Below, one piece after another: positions 61,311-64,000 of a DNA stretch of 64,000 bases (positions are counted from its first letter, which is position 1; each line of letters opens with the position of its first letter). Source of the DNA: an uncultured Gammaproteobacteria bacterium (lineage in GTDB: Bacteria; Patescibacteriota; Microgenomatia; Woykebacterales; RBG-16-39-9b); assembly GCA_965231125.1 (NCBI GenBank), contig OZ246414.1, positions 512,137 to 576,136 of the forward strand. Reading direction: 5' to 3'. The position numbers and the translations under genes are program-made. The notes beneath the pieces were generated by a model. That model was not told where the DNA came from and did no database searches. It saw only the letters and a list, made by a program, of their open reading frames with translations.

Positions 61311-61528
61311 ACTGGGTAATTTACAATAAAGATGGCAGTTTGGCAAGGGGGGCCAAGCAAGCCTAAAGTAGTGGCTAATACACCAAAATGGGTTGACAAA
61401 ATGTAAATTTTAGTAGTAGACTGATAGTAAAGTCCATGCTGCCTCCGCGATATCTAAGATGTCTTTTTACCTAGGGGAATTTATTACTAGCTTAAATAAG
61501 GATATCAACTTCGAAAGGGGGTGAAAAA

Positions 61529-62197
61529 ATGACACTACAGGACTATATAAATCTTTCCCAGAACTCAATTAATTCCTTCTTTTCTGGTTTAGGCGGTGCC
61601 ATCACCAACATTGTATTTGCAACTATCGCTTTGATTGTTGGTGTTGTGATTGGATATATTCTAAAAAGAATTGTAGTGGAAGTACTTTCCGCCATAAATT
61701 TTGAAAAGACGGTTAGTAGTCTACCGATGTATCAGATGGTAGTTAAATCTCATGAAAGTGTGGATTTAACAACCTTTCTTGGTGAGTTGGTACGATGGAT
61801 AGCCATACTGGTCTTCTTAGTACCAGCTGTTTCTTCATTACAAGTAGCCGGAGCCGGATCCGTGGTCCCCAACGTTTTAGGTTATTTACCTAGCGTAATT
61901 TTGGCATCCCTCTACCTGCTTATTGGGTTTGTAGTTGCTTGGTTTGTCCACCGAGTGATCGAAGTGGTGGCCGTAATTGTCGGGTATAACCCGGCTCGTG
62001 TAATTGGGAATGTCTCCTTTATCGCAATCGTGGTTTTTGTATCTCTACAAGCTCTTGCCGTACTACAAGTACCGTCAGACTTGGTTAGAATTATCGTAAT
62101 TGCTTCAATAGCAGCGAGCGCCTTGGCAGTAGGTCTTGGTGGTAGAGATCAAGCAGCGGATTTGCTAAAGAGGTTCATGGACAAGGGGAATAAATAA
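61529..62197 (+). CDS. Conserved TM-helix repeat membrane protein (CmpX/MscS-associated type)
   Basis: GELVRW, YLPSVI.A, ALAVGLGGRD. Confidence 0.8.
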   Translation: MTLQDYINLSQNSINSFFSGLGGAITNIVFATIALIVGVVIGYILKRIVVEVLSAINFEKTVSSLPMYQMVVKSHESVDLTTFLGELVRWIAILVFLVPAVSSLQVAGAGSVVPNVLGYLPSVILASLYLLIGFVVAWFVHRVIEVVAVIVGYNPARVIGNVSFIAIVVFVSLQALAVLQVPSDLVRIIVIASIAASALAVGLGGRDQAADLLKRFMDKGNK

Positions 62198-62228
62198 CGT
62201 CCTCCGATTGACACTAGTTGAAACAAAG

Positions 62229-62260
62229 CACAGACACTCTATATAATTGGAGTGTCTGTG
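62229..62260. promoter_or_regulatory. Perfect inverted repeat with TATAAT in its loop
   Basis: CACAGACACTC-TATATAATTG-GAGTGTCTGTG. Confidence 0.55.
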
Positions 62261-62289
62261 TGTATAATTTAGAAAAGGAGGTGACAGAG

Positions 62290-62976
62290 TTGTTAAGTAG
62301 CATATCAGATGCGTCTTTAGCGGCGTTAAACGATTCTTTAGTAAATACCGCCAAGATTCTCCCAAATTTAATTGCGGCAATAGTAATATTTATAATCGGT
62401 GTGGTTATTGCAGTTGTCGTCCGAAATGCTTTGGTCAGAATTCTGCAATTAATTGGCTTTGAGGATCTGCTTTCTCGGACTGTTATTCCAGAGGCTCTTA
62501 AGAGTGTTGGTCAAGGTGTAACGACCAGCAGTTTAATTGGGGAACTGGTTCGTTGGTTTATCATTTTGGTCTTTCTAATTCCAGCAGTCGACCGTCTCGG
62601 CCTCGGGGCAGTTAATCAAGTGCTAACCCAAATTCTTCTCTACATACCAAACGTAGTGGTGGCCGTAATCATAATTGCGGTTGGAGCGGTCTTTGCGAAA
62701 ATAGCTCGTGATTTAGTGACCGCAACTGCGGCTGGTTTAGGAACCCAAGCAGCCGGGGTAGTTGGCCAAATAGCCCGCTGGGCCATTATAATTTTTTCGG
62801 CTCTTGCTGCCTTGAATCAACTTGGTGTTGCCACCGATCTCATAAAAATACTCTTTACGGGCTTGGTGGCTATGCTGGCGATTGCTGGGGGGCTCGCTTT
62901 TGGTCTTGGCGGCAAAGAGACAGCTGAAGAGTTCCTTAGAAAATTAAGAGATGACCTTTTTCAGGAACACGGTTAA
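62290..62976 (+). CDS. Conserved TM-helix repeat membrane protein, paralog of previous gene
   Basis: LPNLIAA, GELVRWF, YIPNVVVA, GLAFGLGGK; AGGAGGTG SD before TTG 62290. Confidence 0.88.
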   Translation: MLSSISDASLAALNDSLVNTAKILPNLIAAIVIFIIGVVIAVVVRNALVRILQLIGFEDLLSRTVIPEALKSVGQGVTTSSLIGELVRWFIILVFLIPAVDRLGLGAVNQVLTQILLYIPNVVVAVIIIAVGAVFAKIARDLVTATAAGLGTQAAGVVGQIARWAIIIFSALAALNQLGVATDLIKILFTGLVAMLAIAGGLAFGLGGKETAEEFLRKLRDDLFQEHG

Positions 62977-63025
62977 AGCGCCTTGTAAATACCCATAAAG
63001 ATTGGTAGAATTTCCTTTGTCTGCC

Positions 63026-64000
63026 ATGAAATTTATTCTCAATCTTACCCAGGTAGATAAAGAAGATATTGATGTTGCGGGAGCCAAAGCCGTCTCTTTA
63101 GGGGAGTCGCTTAAAATTGGTTTGAAAATACCCCAAGGCTTTGTCATCACTTCCGAAGCATTTAGGAATTTTATTTCACAGAATAATCTTGCCGAAAGTG
63201 TCAAGGCTCTTGCCGCGGAGCTTGCTACAGGGAGCGCAAGTATGCGGCAAGAAGTTTTTGAAAATCTAAGAAAAATAATTCTCTCCCAAGACTTCAGTAC
63301 CGAGCTTGCCACCGAAATAAAAAAATCCGTGGAAAAAATTTCAGCTAAAGACACTCTGCTTTTAGTAAGCTCTTCCCCAAACAAAAGAACCTCATCAGAA
63401 AGTTTTGGTGATACTGTAGTTGTAAATAACGAAAAAGAAATTGCCTCGGCGATTAAGAAGTATTGGGTAGATTATTTTAAGGAGCCCGCGGATCCATTAG
63501 GTTTAGGCGGTGGGGTTTTGATTCAGGAGGTAATCGAGCCAGATCTCTCCGGAGTAATTTTCACTGAAGATCCAGAGGTAAAGCTGCCCGGGAGAATTAT
63601 TATCAAAGCTCTCTGGGGGGAAATGAATAAAAAATTACTTGACGGCTCGGCCGATTACTACGAAATAACCAAACAAAATTTTGTGATTGTAGAAAACAAA
63701 ATCACAGATCAGAAGGAGCAAATTGTGTCGGTAAAAGGTGCTGAGAAAAAAATACCTTTAGCTAAAGCGTACGAAGGCCGGCAAAAACTTTCCGACGAGG
63801 AAGTATTGGAACTAGCAAAAATCGGCAAAAGAATTGAAGATGCTTATTTATATCCCCAAAAAATTAAATGGGTTAAATCTGACGGAAAGTTTTTTATCCT
63901 CGGAAATGAAACGCTAGATACAACCAAAACCGAACTTAATTCGCCGTCCGAACATTTCAAAATTAAATTACCCGTACTGGCACGGGGAACACCTGTCTTT
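63026..64000 (+). CDS. PEP synthase/PPDK N-terminal-domain protein (3'-truncated by window), degenerate motifs
   Basis: MKFILNL...AGAKAVSLGE, IPQGFVITSEAF, VLIQE, SGVIFT.DP; open frame to window end. Confidence 0.8.
   Translation, partial: MKFILNLTQVDKEDIDVAGAKAVSLGESLKIGLKIPQGFVITSEAFRNFISQNNLAESVKALAAELATGSASMRQEVFENLRKIILSQDFSTELATEIKKSVEKISAKDTLLLVSSSPNKRTSSESFGDTVVVNNEKEIASAIKKYWVDYFKEPADPLGLGGGVLIQEVIEPDLSGVIFTEDPEVKLPGRIIIKALWGEMNKKLLDGSADYYEITKQNFVIVENKITDQKEQIVSVKGAEKKIPLAKAYEGRQKLSDEEVLELAKIGKRIEDAYLYPQKIKWVKSDGKFFILGNETLDTTKTELNSPSEHFKIKLPVLARGTPVF

Overview
Bacterial chromosome window, by inference from a Patescibacteria/CPR (Microgenomates-like) genome: compact genes, mostly leaderless transcripts, and CPR-typical families. 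Core genes are gatA/gatB, a 5'-nuclease-less polA, rplS-rnhB-yraN, a full F-type ATP synthase operon led by a carbonic-anhydrase-like gene, gpmI, rsmI, lexA, uvrB/uvrA/uvrC, secG, a K+-independent H+-PPase and three tRNAs (Glu, Arg, Lys). A long accessory stretch (~7-31 kb) holds a cobalamin-riboswitch-controlled five-gene operon: DUF4430 and alpha/alpha-toroid proteins (a split transcobalamin-like pair), a BtuM-like transporter, a signal-less BtuF-like protein and a DUF71 ATPase. Most unusual: (1) four highly structured non-coding RNAs that I cannot assign, three with clear promoters, nested in the lexA-uvrB-uvrA locus, one displaying an anti-Shine-Dalgarno sequence in a pseudoknot; (2) repeated '3'-end replacement' scars, where conserved genes (hppA, atpD, tRNA-Lys) are followed by displaced copies of their own 3' ends separated by small palindromes, plus an 81-nt in-frame palindromic insertion in uvrB. 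All family calls come from motif recognition by eye, not from database searches. No CRISPR array, rRNA or intact transposase/integrase was seen.
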